The notes under the pieces: generated by a model | Database searches by the model: none | What the model saw: only the letters and a program-made list of their open reading frames with translations | Told to the model about the DNA's origin: nothing | Position numbers and translations under genes: made by a program | Origin: Thermoplasmata archaeon | GTDB lineage: Archaea > Thermoplasmatota > Thermoplasmata > UBA10834 | Direction of reading: 5' to 3' | NCBI GenBank assembly: GCA_041559015.1 | Contig: JBFFED010000005.1 | Location: 2,577-66,576 of the forward strand | Length of the DNA: 64,000 nucleotides | Shown here: positions 9,234 through 18,367 of the stretch, piece by piece | Layout of the letters: every line of letters starts with the position of its first letter | Numbering within the stretch: position 1 is the stretch's first letter

Positions 9234-9884
9234 ATGCACAAGGTTGTGACCGTCGACCTCGAGAAAGACATCCTCTCGGCGAACCGGAAGATAGCCAATG
9301 ACAACCGCGCCCTGCTCGAGAAGCACGGGATAGTGGCTTTCGACTTCCTCGGGGCCATCGGCTCAGGGAAGACACTCATCATAGAGAAGCTCGTGGACGT
9401 CCTCAAGGCGAAGGGCAAGCGCGCGGCGGCGGTGGCGGGCGATGTCTCTGGAGATGATGATTACCAGAGGTTCGTCTCGCACGGCATCCCTGCGGCGAAC
9501 ATCAACACCGGCAAAGAGTGCCACCTAGACGCTCACCTCGTGGACCACGCGCTCGAGGACTTGCCCCTGGACAAGCTGGACTGCCTGTTCATAGAGAATG
9601 TCGGGAACCTCGTGTGCCCTGTGGACTTCCCGCTCGGGTCGCACAAGAGGATCGTGGTCATAAGCGTCACAGAAGGTGACGACATGGTCAGGAAGCACCC
9701 CGCGATATTCACGTTCTCCGATGTGATCGTCATCAACAAGATTGACCTCGCCCAGGCGATGGAAGTCGACCCGAGGATACTGGAGAGGGACGCCCGCAGG
9801 GCCAATCCAGGCGCTGCTGTGATCATGATGGACGCGCGCCACGGGAAGGGCCTGGAAGACCTCGTCAAGGCCCTCGGGCTGTAG
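9234..9884 (+). CDS. hypB: Hydrogenase nickel-incorporation GTPase HypB
   Basis: From ATG 9234: P-loop GAIGSGKT, ENVGNLVCP, INKIDL. A TATA-like GATTAATC lies ~25-30 nt upstream. Confidence 0.9.
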   Translation: MHKVVTVDLEKDILSANRKIANDNRALLEKHGIVAFDFLGAIGSGKTLIIEKLVDVLKAKGKRAAAVAGDVSGDDDYQRFVSHGIPAANINTGKECHLDAHLVDHALEDLPLDKLDCLFIENVGNLVCPVDFPLGSHKRIVVISVTEGDDMVRKHPAIFTFSDVIVINKIDLAQAMEVDPRILERDARRANPGAAVIMMDARHGKGLEDLVKALGL

Positions 9885-9894
9885 AGGACATGAT

Positions 9895-12102
9895 ATGAAG
9901 ATCACCGTCTACGGAATCGTACAAGGCGTCGGGTTCAGGCCCACGGTGTTCAGGGTCGCAAGGGCGATGGGGCTCAGAGGCTATGTCCTGAACAACGGCT
10001 CCAACGTGGAGATACATGTCGACAGAGAAGCCGACAAGTTCCTTGAAGAGCTCAAGCGCGCCCTCCCCTCGCTGGCGCGCATCGATAGGGCGGAGTTCGA
10101 GGACGTCCGGGAGGACCTCGGGGAGTTCACAATAGTCCAGAGCCACGACGGGAAACGGGTTTCGCTAATACCCACCGACACAGCCATCTGCGGGAGCTGC
10201 TTCCTGGATTTCCGCGAGGTCGGCAACAGGAGGCATCACTTCCCGTTCACCAACTGCACGGAGTGCGGTGCCCGCTTCACCGTGATCGCCGATCTGCCCT
10301 TCGACAGACCAAGGACGAGCATGGCGGACTTCCCGATGTGCCCCGACTGCGCGCGCGAATACTCCTCGCCAGATGACCGCAGGTTCCACGCGCAGACCAT
10401 CTCGTGCCCCAGCTGCGGGCCGAGGTACGAGCTGTACGACGGGGACGGGACCAAGGTGACCGGTGAACCGTTCGAGATCTTCGCGGAGAAGATAGACGGC
10501 GGGAGCGTAGGCCTCCTGAAGGGCTGGGGAGGGATGCACATCATATGCACCCTCGAGAACGCGGCCCGGCTCAGGAAGGTGTACCGGCGGGGGGGCAAAC
10601 CCTATGCGGTCATGATGAGAAACCTGGACACGATCAAGAAACTCACCGTCATGGACGACCTTGAGGAGAGGCTCCTGAGGTCGCCTCAGCGACCGATAGT
10701 GCTCCTGCACAAGAGGCGGGAGGCCTTCGAGTCGCTGGACAAGGTCTCTCCGGGGCTCGGGAACCTAGGGGTGATGCTCCCGTACTCGGCCGCACATCTG
10801 CTGATGTTCGAGCACCTGAAGGCGGACGCAGTCATCATGACCTCCGCCAACCCACCTGGGGAGCCAATGTGCACAGAGAACGATAAGGCGTTCTCGCTCG
10901 GGCTCGACTACTACCTGTTGCACAACAGGAGGATCATACACAGGTGCGATGATAGCGTGGTCAAGGTCAACTCGGGGAGGACGAACTTCACGAGGAAGTC
11001 GAGGGGGTTCGTCCCGGTGCCCGTCGAGGCGAACCACAAGCACTCGGTCGTCGGAGTGGGTGCTCAATGGGACGTGACCGGGTCTGTGTCGAGGGACGGT
11101 GAGATATTCCTCACGCAGTACGTAGGTGAGTCGCAGCAGTACCTCACGCTCCATTATCTGGGGGACGCGCTCCACCACCTGATGGGGCTCCTCGGGACGG
11201 AGTCGGTCCAGGCTATAGGCCTGGACAAGCACCCGAAATACTCCACCAGGATAATGGCCAGGAGACTCGCCAAGGAGTTCGGGGCGGAGCTGGTCGAGAC
11301 GCAGCACTATCATGCGCATGCGGCCGCGCTCAAGATAGACCGCGGCATCTCCGGGCCGATTGTGTGCCTGACGTGGGACGGCACCGGATACGGGGACGAC
11401 GGCACATCGTGGGGAGGGGAAACGCTCCTTGCAGACTATCATGAGTATGCTAGGCTCGGCACGCTCGAAGGCATCCCGCTCCTCGGAGGAGACCGTGCGG
11501 TCATAGACCCCAAGAGGGTCGTGACGGCCCTTCAACTCAAGCTCGGCCGCGAGCCGACGATGGTCGATGACGATGACGTGGACCTGTACTCGAAGATGCT
11601 CGGAAAGAGCGTGGTCGCCTCGAGCATGGGAAGGGTCTTGGACGCGGTGTCCTGCATCGTGGGCGTCTGCTGCAAGAGGACCTACGAGGGCGAGCCCGCG
11701 ATAAGGCTCGAAAGATGGCTGGAGGAGGGCAGGCCGACCATCGATTTCGATCTCGACTTCCGCAGGAAGGGTAAGGTCGAGACTGCCCTCACCCTGCCGA
11801 TGTTCGAGAGGCTCCTCGACATGAGGCTCGAATCCGAGACCGAGCGGGCGGACGCAGCCGCCTCCTTCGTGAAGACCCTGGTCGGAGGGGTCGCGGAGCG
11901 CGCCTGCGGGTACGCCGAGTCGCAGGGGTTGAGGCAGATCGGGCTCTCGGGCGGGGTTTCTTTCAGCGGGCCCGTAACCGCATGGGTCAAGGAGACCGTC
12001 GAACGGAGAGGGCTGGAGTTCGTCGGGCATGAGCGGATATCGAACGGCGATGGCGGAATCTCGACTGGCCAGAACGCAATAGCTGGCGCGAACCTTGGCT
12101 AA
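9895..12102 (+). CDS. hypF: [NiFe] hydrogenase maturation carbamoyltransferase HypF
   Basis: 735 aa. Acylphosphatase N-terminus (VYGIVQGVGFRP), two CxxC zinc-finger pairs (CGSCFLDF...CTECGARF; CPDCAREY...CPSCGPRY), then YrdC-like and Kae1-like regions. Confidence 0.95.
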   Translation: MKITVYGIVQGVGFRPTVFRVARAMGLRGYVLNNGSNVEIHVDREADKFLEELKRALPSLARIDRAEFEDVREDLGEFTIVQSHDGKRVSLIPTDTAICGSCFLDFREVGNRRHHFPFTNCTECGARFTVIADLPFDRPRTSMADFPMCPDCAREYSSPDDRRFHAQTISCPSCGPRYELYDGDGTKVTGEPFEIFAEKIDGGSVGLLKGWGGMHIICTLENAARLRKVYRRGGKPYAVMMRNLDTIKKLTVMDDLEERLLRSPQRPIVLLHKRREAFESLDKVSPGLGNLGVMLPYSAAHLLMFEHLKADAVIMTSANPPGEPMCTENDKAFSLGLDYYLLHNRRIIHRCDDSVVKVNSGRTNFTRKSRGFVPVPVEANHKHSVVGVGAQWDVTGSVSRDGEIFLTQYVGESQQYLTLHYLGDALHHLMGLLGTESVQAIGLDKHPKYSTRIMARRLAKEFGAELVETQHYHAHAAALKIDRGISGPIVCLTWDGTGYGDDGTSWGGETLLADYHEYARLGTLEGIPLLGGDRAVIDPKRVVTALQLKLGREPTMVDDDDVDLYSKMLGKSVVASSMGRVLDAVSCIVGVCCKRTYEGEPAIRLERWLEEGRPTIDFDLDFRRKGKVETALTLPMFERLLDMRLESETERADAAASFVKTLVGGVAERACGYAESQGLRQIGLSGGVSFSGPVTAWVKETVERRGLEFVGHERISNGDGGISTGQNAIAGANLG

Positions 12103-12136
12103 AGCTTTATAATCAGCCCTGCCTACCCGATTCCCG

Positions 12137-12364
12137 ATGTGTCTAGCCGTCCCAGCCGAGGTCAAATCGATCGATGGTCACATGGCGACCGTCGACTACG
12201 GAGGCGTGAGCAGGGACGCCAACATCTCCCTCGTCGAGGCCAAGGTGGGAGACTTCGTCATAGTCCACGCGGGCTACGCCATACAGATCATGGACAGGGA
12301 AGAGGCCGAGAAGACCCTGGAGATGTTCCGCGAGATGCTGGACTACGAGTCCACCGGGGCGTAG
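12137..12364 (+). CDS. hypC: Hydrogenase assembly chaperone HypC
   Basis: 75 aa starting MCLAVPAEV, the conserved N-terminal Cys2 signature. Confidence 0.9.
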   Translation: MCLAVPAEVKSIDGHMATVDYGGVSRDANISLVEAKVGDFVIVHAGYAIQIMDREEAEKTLEMFREMLDYESTGA

Positions 12365-12366
12365 AG

Positions 12367-12741
12367 ATGCACGAGTTCTCAGTCATGAGTCAGATCGTCG
12401 ACAGCATCCTCGAGGAGGCGCAGAAGAGGGACGCGAAGAGGATAGAACAGGTCGACTTGGAGATCGGTGACTACACCATGCTCGGGCAGGAGCAGATGAG
12501 GTTCGCCTTCGACGTCCTCGCAAGAGACACGATGATGGAGGGGGCGAAGCTGAACATAACGACCAGACCGGGCAAGGTCAGGTGCTCATGCGGCTACGAG
12601 GGCGCCCCATCTGCCTCCGAAGACTCGCCTCACAAGGTGGTGCCGATACTCGAATGCCCTGAATGCGGTGGCGTCGCGAAGATACTCGAGGGACGGGAGT
12701 GCCTCATCAGGAACATCAGACTGGTGGTGCCCGATGTTTAG
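12367..12741 (+). CDS. hypA: Hydrogenase nickel insertion protein HypA
   Basis: Starts MHEFSVMSQIVDSI (the MHE motif). Zinc site CSCG...CPECGG. Confidence 0.85.
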   Translation: MHEFSVMSQIVDSILEEAQKRDAKRIEQVDLEIGDYTMLGQEQMRFAFDVLARDTMMEGAKLNITTRPGKVRCSCGYEGAPSASEDSPHKVVPILECPECGGVAKILEGRECLIRNIRLVVPDV

Positions 12742-13810
12742 GCTCCGAGACAGGGAGATGTCGCGCGCGATCCTCCACAAGCTCGGAGCTCTGAACCTAC
12801 ACATAACGCTGATGCATGTCTGCGGCACGCACCAGGACACACTGGTCAGGTTCGGCCTCGACAGTGAGTTCAAGCGCGTGGGGATAGACATCCGACAGGG
12901 CCCTGGGTGCCCGGTCTGCGTCACCACGCCGAGAGAGATCGAAGAGGTTCTTGCGCTTGCGCGCGCGGGCATCACAGTCGCCGTCTTCGGCGACGTGCTC
13001 AAAGTGCCCGGTGCGACCGGGTCGCTCAGCGGGGTGAAGGCGGAAGGCGCCGATGTCAGAGTAGTGTTCGGCGTCGATGACGCCGTCTCCCTGGCAAAGC
13101 GGATTCAGAAGGAGGTCGTCTTCATGGGGATAGGCTTCGAGACGACAGCCCCGACGACAGCGTCGGCGCTGCTGTCCTCGCCCCCGCCGAACTTCTCCGT
13201 CCTCAGCTGCCACAGGACGGTCCCGCCAGCACTCGAAGCTATTGCCGGCATGGGGGAGATACGTCTCGACGGCATGATTCAACCAGGACACGTGAGCACG
13301 ATCATCGGCACGAGACCGTACGAATTCCTCTCCGGGAAGCACAAGATACCCCAGGTGGTCGCTGGGTTCGAGCCCCTCGACCTGTTGATGGGAGTGTACA
13401 TGCTGGCCATCCAGATTAGGGAGGGCAGGGCGGAGGTCGAGAACGAGTACACGAGGGTCGTCCATCAAGATGGCAACCCGACCGCTATCAAGGCGATGGG
13501 GCGCGCGTTCGAGCCCTCTGACGTGGAGTGGAGGGGGTTCCCTGTCATACCCAAGAGCGGTCTTGCGATCCGGAAGGAGTTCGGAGCGCACGACGCTAGC
13601 AGGCGTTTCGATGACCTGATCGCACCTGTCCGTGGGAAGGAGTACAAGGAAGCCAAGGGGTGCAGGTGCGGAGAGATGCTCCGCGGGATTGCGGTGAGCG
13701 AGGACTGTCCCCTGTTCGCGAACAAGTGCACGCCCAACACACCGATCGGGCCCTGCATGGTGTCCAGGGAGGGGAGCTGCTACATAGCATACAGGTATCT
13801 GAAGAAGTGA
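12734..13810 (+). CDS. hypD: Hydrogenase maturation protein HypD
   Basis: ATG 12734 overlaps the hypA stop. Motifs MHVCGTH, GPGCPVCV, GFETTAP and the C-terminal Cys cluster (CRCGEMLRG...CPLF...GPCMVSREGSC). Confidence 0.95.
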   Translation: MFRLRDREMSRAILHKLGALNLHITLMHVCGTHQDTLVRFGLDSEFKRVGIDIRQGPGCPVCVTTPREIEEVLALARAGITVAVFGDVLKVPGATGSLSGVKAEGADVRVVFGVDDAVSLAKRIQKEVVFMGIGFETTAPTTASALLSSPPPNFSVLSCHRTVPPALEAIAGMGEIRLDGMIQPGHVSTIIGTRPYEFLSGKHKIPQVVAGFEPLDLLMGVYMLAIQIREGRAEVENEYTRVVHQDGNPTAIKAMGRAFEPSDVEWRGFPVIPKSGLAIRKEFGAHDASRRFDDLIAPVRGKEYKEAKGCRCGEMLRGIAVSEDCPLFANKCTPNTPIGPCMVSREGSCYIAYRYLKK

Positions 13811-14170
13811 GGCACTCCCGGCTTCCCCGGTCTCCTGAGGACATGAGCGCCCTGGCGCAATGGAGGAACGAGAGAATAGCCCCGTGGATAGGGCACAACC
13901 ATGTAAAACGAATCTCCCCTGGTCTTGACGAACGGAAGACCTGCAACCTGGAGGGGCACGCAGAGACAATCTGTGATGCCTGATGCGACCGGGGCCCGTA
14001 CGGCCGATTGCCCCCTTTCGGACAGCGGAGGGGTGAATTCGACGGGTTCCGGAAACGGCGGTTAATCGAATTTCGAATTTCGTGGCCCATATCTGAAAGA
14101 AAATCTACACACCTCGCACGATGACCTGATGATTGTCGCCACAATCACCACGCTTTTCGAAAGAGCCTAA

Positions 14171-14187
14171 CGAAACGTATATAAATA
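14171..14187 (+). promoter_or_regulatory. Candidate archaeal BRE/TATA promoter for the hdrA operon
   Basis: cgaaacg-TATATAAATA sits in an AT-rich patch inside a ~500-bp ORF-free spacer, ~130 nt upstream of hdrA. A GGAGGGGAGG Shine-Dalgarno-like tract lies just before the start. Confidence 0.4.
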
Positions 14188-14318
14188 ACTTGTTTATTAC
14201 CGAGAATCGTAAGACCACTCAATGGACCGAGTGGATGCGCCAGATGGACTGTCTCGGCGCCCTGTCGCGGGGTCACTCGGGCCGGTCGAGGAATCGTCTA
14301 ACCTGATCAGGAGGGGAG

Positions 14319-16415
14319 GTGGACATGGCCGAACCCGCAAAGCAGGACAAGACAGTCACCACGAACGCATCAGAGGAGCACAAGAAGGGCGAGAAGGCCC
14401 CCAGAGTGGGAGTTTTCGTGTGCCACTGTGGCAGCAACATTGCTGGCGTTGTGGACTGCGGCAAGATCCGGGAGACGGCAGAGAAGATCGGCGACGTGGT
14501 CGTGGCCAAGGAGAACAAGTACACCTGCTCCGACCTCGGCCAGGAGGAGATCATCAAGGCCATCAAGGAGCACGGGGTCGAGAGGGTGGTCGTCGCCGCC
14601 TGCTCGCCGAGGCTCCACGAGCCGACCTTCAGGAAGTGCATCCAGGAGGCCGGCCTCAACCCTTACCTGCTGCACATGGTCAACATCAGGGAGCAGTGCT
14701 CCTGGGTCCACGGGCACGAGAAGGCCAAGGCGACAGAGAAGGCCTCCGAGCTGGTCAAGATGGGCGTCTCGAAGGCCTCGAGGCTCGAGCCGCTCGAGGC
14801 CAGGGAGGTCCCGGTCGAACCGAGCTCGCTCGTGATAGGCGGGGGAGTCGCGGGGATCCAGGCCGCGCTCGACCTGGCGAACATGGGGTTCAAGGTCTAC
14901 ATGGTCGAGAAGGAGCCCAGCATAGGCGGCAAGATGGCCATGCTGGACAAGACGTTCCCGACGGGTGACTGCGCCATATGCATACTCGCGCCCAAGATGG
15001 TCGAGCTGTCCAGGCACCCCAACATCACGCTTCTCTCGTACTCCGAGATCGAGGAGGTCAAGGGGTACATAGGCAACTACGATGTCAAGGTCCGCAGGAA
15101 GGCAAGGTACGTCAAGGAGGACCTCTGCGTCGGGTGCGGGGTTTGCGCGGAGGCCTGTCCGGTCAAGGTCGACAACGAGTTCGACCTCGGGTTCGGCCAG
15201 CGCAGGGCGATATACGTGCCCTTCCCCCAGGCGGTCCCGCTCAAGTACACCATAGACAAGGAGCACTGCCTGCACTTCAAGTCCGGCAAATGCCTCCTGT
15301 GCGTCAAGGCCTGCACCAACAACGCGATCGACCACAAGATGGAGGACGAGGTCGTCAACCTGAAGGTCGGCACCATCATCGTCGCCACTGGCTACGACAT
15401 TTATGTGCCCATGAGAAAGGGCGTCTACAAGTACTGGGAGTACGAGAACGTCATCACCGGGCTGGAACTCGAAAGGCTGCTGAACGCCTCCGGGCCCACA
15501 GGCGGTCACCTGGTCAGACCATCTGACGGGGAGCGGCCCCTGAAGATCGCGTTCATTCAATGCGTGGGCTCCCGCACCAAGAAGATCAACAAGAACTACT
15601 GCTCCAGGGTCTGCTGCATGTACGCTATCAAGAACGCGCAGATCATCATGGAGCACGAGCCTGAGACTGAGATCTCCGTATACTACAACGACATCAGGGC
15701 CTTCGGGAAGGGGTTCGAGGAGCTGTACCACAGGGTCAGGGAGGAGTACGCGGTCGAGTTCATCAGGGGCCGGCCCGCGAAGCTCACGGAGAACCCCGCC
15801 ACCAAGAACATCACGATCAGGGCGGAGGAGACGCTCCTGAACGAGATCACCGAGAGGGAGTTCGACCTCGTGGTCCTGTCGACGGGGCTCATACCCTCCG
15901 AGGGAAGCAAGAACGTCGGCAAGGCGCTGGGGCTCACTACCACCCCCGACGGATTCTTCGCGGAGGCGCACCCGAAGCTGCGGCCGGTCGACACCGCCCT
16001 GGACGGCGTGTACCTGGCGGGTTGCGCCCAGGGACCGAAGGACATACCTGACAGCGTCGCCCAGGCCAAGGCCGCGGCGTCATCCGCGGCGGCCCCCATG
16101 TTCGCGAAGAAAGTCACTATCGAGCCGCTCACAGCGTCCGTCGACGAGGACCTGTGCGTCGGATGCGGGTTGTGCGTCGAGCTGTGCCCGTACGGCGCCC
16201 CGGAGCTGGTGACGGTGGAGAAGGGAGGCACGAAGGCCAGGATCATCGAGGCCCTGTGCCACGGGTGCGGCACATGCGCGGCGTCGTGCCCACAGAAGGC
16301 CATAGCCTGCAAGCAGTTCACGGACGAGCAGATATTCTCCGAGATACTCGCCGCGCTCGGGGGAGAGGGCAAGAAGGCCAACGACCGCAAGAAAGCCGAG
16401 GTGGGGGTGAGCTGA
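14319..16415 (+). CDS. hdrA: Heterodisulfide reductase subunit A, canonical full-length layout
   Basis: 698 aa. N-terminal Cys domain (RVGVFVCHCGSN), FAD fingerprint VIGGGVAGIQAALDLA, KTFPTGDCAICIL, inserted ferredoxin (CVGCGVCAEACP), and C-terminal 2x[4Fe-4S] (CVGCGLCVELCP, CHGCGTCAASCP). Confidence 0.9.
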   Translation: MDMAEPAKQDKTVTTNASEEHKKGEKAPRVGVFVCHCGSNIAGVVDCGKIRETAEKIGDVVVAKENKYTCSDLGQEEIIKAIKEHGVERVVVAACSPRLHEPTFRKCIQEAGLNPYLLHMVNIREQCSWVHGHEKAKATEKASELVKMGVSKASRLEPLEAREVPVEPSSLVIGGGVAGIQAALDLANMGFKVYMVEKEPSIGGKMAMLDKTFPTGDCAICILAPKMVELSRHPNITLLSYSEIEEVKGYIGNYDVKVRRKARYVKEDLCVGCGVCAEACPVKVDNEFDLGFGQRRAIYVPFPQAVPLKYTIDKEHCLHFKSGKCLLCVKACTNNAIDHKMEDEVVNLKVGTIIVATGYDIYVPMRKGVYKYWEYENVITGLELERLLNASGPTGGHLVRPSDGERPLKIAFIQCVGSRTKKINKNYCSRVCCMYAIKNAQIIMEHEPETEISVYYNDIRAFGKGFEELYHRVREEYAVEFIRGRPAKLTENPATKNITIRAEETLLNEITEREFDLVVLSTGLIPSEGSKNVGKALGLTTTPDGFFAEAHPKLRPVDTALDGVYLAGCAQGPKDIPDSVAQAKAAASSAAAPMFAKKVTIEPLTASVDEDLCVGCGLCVELCPYGAPELVTVEKGGTKARIIEALCHGCGTCAASCPQKAIACKQFTDEQIFSEILAALGGEGKKANDRKKAEVGVS

Positions 16416-16416
16416 G

Positions 16417-16995
16417 ATGGCCGAGGTGGAGAAGGTCTTCATAGGCGGCCTGCACGAACAGCTCACCGAGGAGAAGGTCATAGAGGAGAAGGACCTGGAC
16501 CGTGACTTCGCGAAGGAGATCAGGAAGTACGGCGGGAAGGACGTCATGACCTGCCTGCAGTGCGGGAACTGCACGGGCGTGTGCCCAATCAGCCTCAAAA
16601 TCGACTACAAGACCAGGAACATCATCAAGTGCTGTCAGTTCGGGCTCAAGAAGTACACCCTCGGGACGCAGTGGGTATGCGCGACCTGCTACCGCTGCTA
16701 TGAGCACTGCCCCGCGGACCTGAACCCCGCGGAGGTCATGATAGCGCTCAGGCACATAGCGATCAGGGAGGGCATCATACCGCCGTTCGTGAAGACGGCC
16801 GCGACCAACCTGGTCAGGTATGGCCAGAGCGTCAGGCCTGACCCCGAGATTGACAAGATAAGGGTCGAGCTCGGTCTCAAGCCGGTCCATGCGGACGCGG
16901 ACCAGCTGAGGGCTGTTGTCAGGGAGATCCAGACCCTCGTCCACGCGACCAAGTACGACAAGCTCATAGGCATACTGGAGGAGGTGAAGGTGTGA
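16417..16995 (+). CDS. hdrC: Heterodisulfide reductase subunit C
   Basis: 192 aa with two ferredoxin-type motifs, CLQCGNCTGVCP and CATCYRCYEHCP. Starts 1 nt after the hdrA stop. Confidence 0.85.
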   Translation: MAEVEKVFIGGLHEQLTEEKVIEEKDLDRDFAKEIRKYGGKDVMTCLQCGNCTGVCPISLKIDYKTRNIIKCCQFGLKKYTLGTQWVCATCYRCYEHCPADLNPAEVMIALRHIAIREGIIPPFVKTAATNLVRYGQSVRPDPEIDKIRVELGLKPVHADADQLRAVVREIQTLVHATKYDKLIGILEEVKV

Positions 16996-17909
16996 ATTCC
17001 TACCTCTACTTCTTCGGATGTGTCATCCCCAACAGGTACCCGGGCGTCGAGTACGCCGTCCGATGGGTCACGGGGAAGAACGGGTTCGATATGGACGTGA
17101 AGAACTGCGAGGAGTTCTCGTGCTGCCCTGTCCCGGGCATATTCTACTCCACGGACAAGGACACATGGCTCCTGCTGGCGGCCAGGAACCTAGTTCTGGC
17201 GCAGCCTGAGAAGAGGGACATCCTGACCGTCTGCAACGGATGCCTCGCCTCCCTGCTGAAGGCCACCGAGTACCTCCAGGAGCCCAAGAACATGGGCAGG
17301 GTGAACCGCATGCTGGCCAAGGTCGGCAAGAAGTACACGGGGATACCTGTCAGGTCTGAGGGCAGAAGGAAGATCTTCGAGCCCGTCAAGGTCAGGCACT
17401 ACATCGAGGTCATGGCGAACGACATCGGCACCGATGCGATCGCCGAGCATACCAAACACCCTCTCAAGAACCTGAAGGTGGCGGTCCACTACGGCTGCCA
17501 CTACCTGAGACCGACCGAGCACGCCCAGTTCGATGAACCCAACGACCCCGTCCTCCTCGACAGGATAGTCGAGGCGTGCGGCGCTGCCAGCGTGGACTAC
17601 GAGGACAAGCACGACTGCTGCGGCGCAGGCGGAGGAGTCAGGTCTCACATAGTCGAACTGGCGAACTCGCTGACACAGGACAAATGCAGGAACATATCGG
17701 CCGCGGGGGCGGACTGCATCGTGACAGGATGCCCGTTCTGCCTCCTGCAGTTCGACAACGCCCAGAAGAGCTTCGCCAAGGACGGCATCCCCGTGATGCA
17801 CGTCTCGCAGTTCCAGGCGCTGGCGATGGGGATAGACCCGATCTCCCTGGGCTTCGACACGCATCACGTATCCGCACACTCACTGCTCAGAAAGATCAGG
17901 GGGTCCTGA
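16992..17909 (+). CDS. hdrB: Heterodisulfide reductase subunit B (two CCG domains)
   Basis: 305 aa. FFGC...SCCPVPG...CNGC and YGCH...DCCGAGGG...GCPFC. GTGA overlap with hdrC. Confidence 0.85.
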   Translation: MNSYLYFFGCVIPNRYPGVEYAVRWVTGKNGFDMDVKNCEEFSCCPVPGIFYSTDKDTWLLLAARNLVLAQPEKRDILTVCNGCLASLLKATEYLQEPKNMGRVNRMLAKVGKKYTGIPVRSEGRRKIFEPVKVRHYIEVMANDIGTDAIAEHTKHPLKNLKVAVHYGCHYLRPTEHAQFDEPNDPVLLDRIVEACGAASVDYEDKHDCCGAGGGVRSHIVELANSLTQDKCRNISAAGADCIVTGCPFCLLQFDNAQKSFAKDGIPVMHVSQFQALAMGIDPISLGFDTHHVSAHSLLRKIRGS

Positions 17910-17914
17910 GAACA

Positions 17915-18367
17915 ATGGAGGCTTCAACCAATGCACCGGCCCAGGAGGCAGCCTACGAGCCGAAGATAATCGCTTTCTGCTGCAACTGGTGCTCGTACGC
18001 TGGCGCGGACCTCGCGGGCACGACCAGGCTGCAGTATCCCCCGAACGTCAGGATCATCAGGGTCATGTGCTCGGGCAGGGTCGACCCCGCATTCGTGCTC
18101 AAGGCGTTCACCCTGGGTGCGGACGGCGTGATTGTAGCAGGGTGCCACCCGGCGGACTGCCACTACATCAACGGCAACGAGAAGACCGCCATGAGGGGGG
18201 ACTTCCTCAAGTCGTTCCTCGAGGACGCGGGCATCGAGAGCCAGAGGTTCAAGGTAGAATGGATCGCGGGCTCGGAGGGGCGCAAGTTCGCCGAGACCGT
18301 CAAGAAGATGGTGGTGGAGCTGGAGAAGCTGGGGCCGATAGGCCAGGAGGCTGCTGCTGATGGCTGA
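17915..18367 (+). CDS. mvhD: MvhD/FlpD-family iron-sulfur protein
   Basis: 150 aa from ATG 17915. IIAFCCNWCSYAGADLAG...RVMCSGRVDP...VAGCHPADCHY. Confidence 0.9.
   Translation: MEASTNAPAQEAAYEPKIIAFCCNWCSYAGADLAGTTRLQYPPNVRIIRVMCSGRVDPAFVLKAFTLGADGVIVAGCHPADCHYINGNEKTAMRGDFLKSFLEDAGIESQRFKVEWIAGSEGRKFAETVKKMVVELEKLGPIGQEAAADG

Noticed and set aside
13844-13984. 46-codon ORF (MSALAQWRNERIAPWIGHNH...) just downstream of hypD.
   Set aside because: It has no recognisable motif, SD or promoter. It is too short to evaluate and is treated as part of the non-coding spacer.
14370-15971. 533-aa antisense ORF inside hdrA, and similar long antisense or off-frame ORFs: 10765..12165, 12797..13969, 20262..21314, 24328..25815, 25927..26874, 29856..30884, 36958..37962, 57485..58651, 59810..60967.
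   Set aside because: These are Arg/Pro/Gly/Leu/Asp-rich low-complexity translations typical of shadow ORFs in GC-rich DNA. Each lies fully within a gene that has clear family motifs on the other strand or frame.
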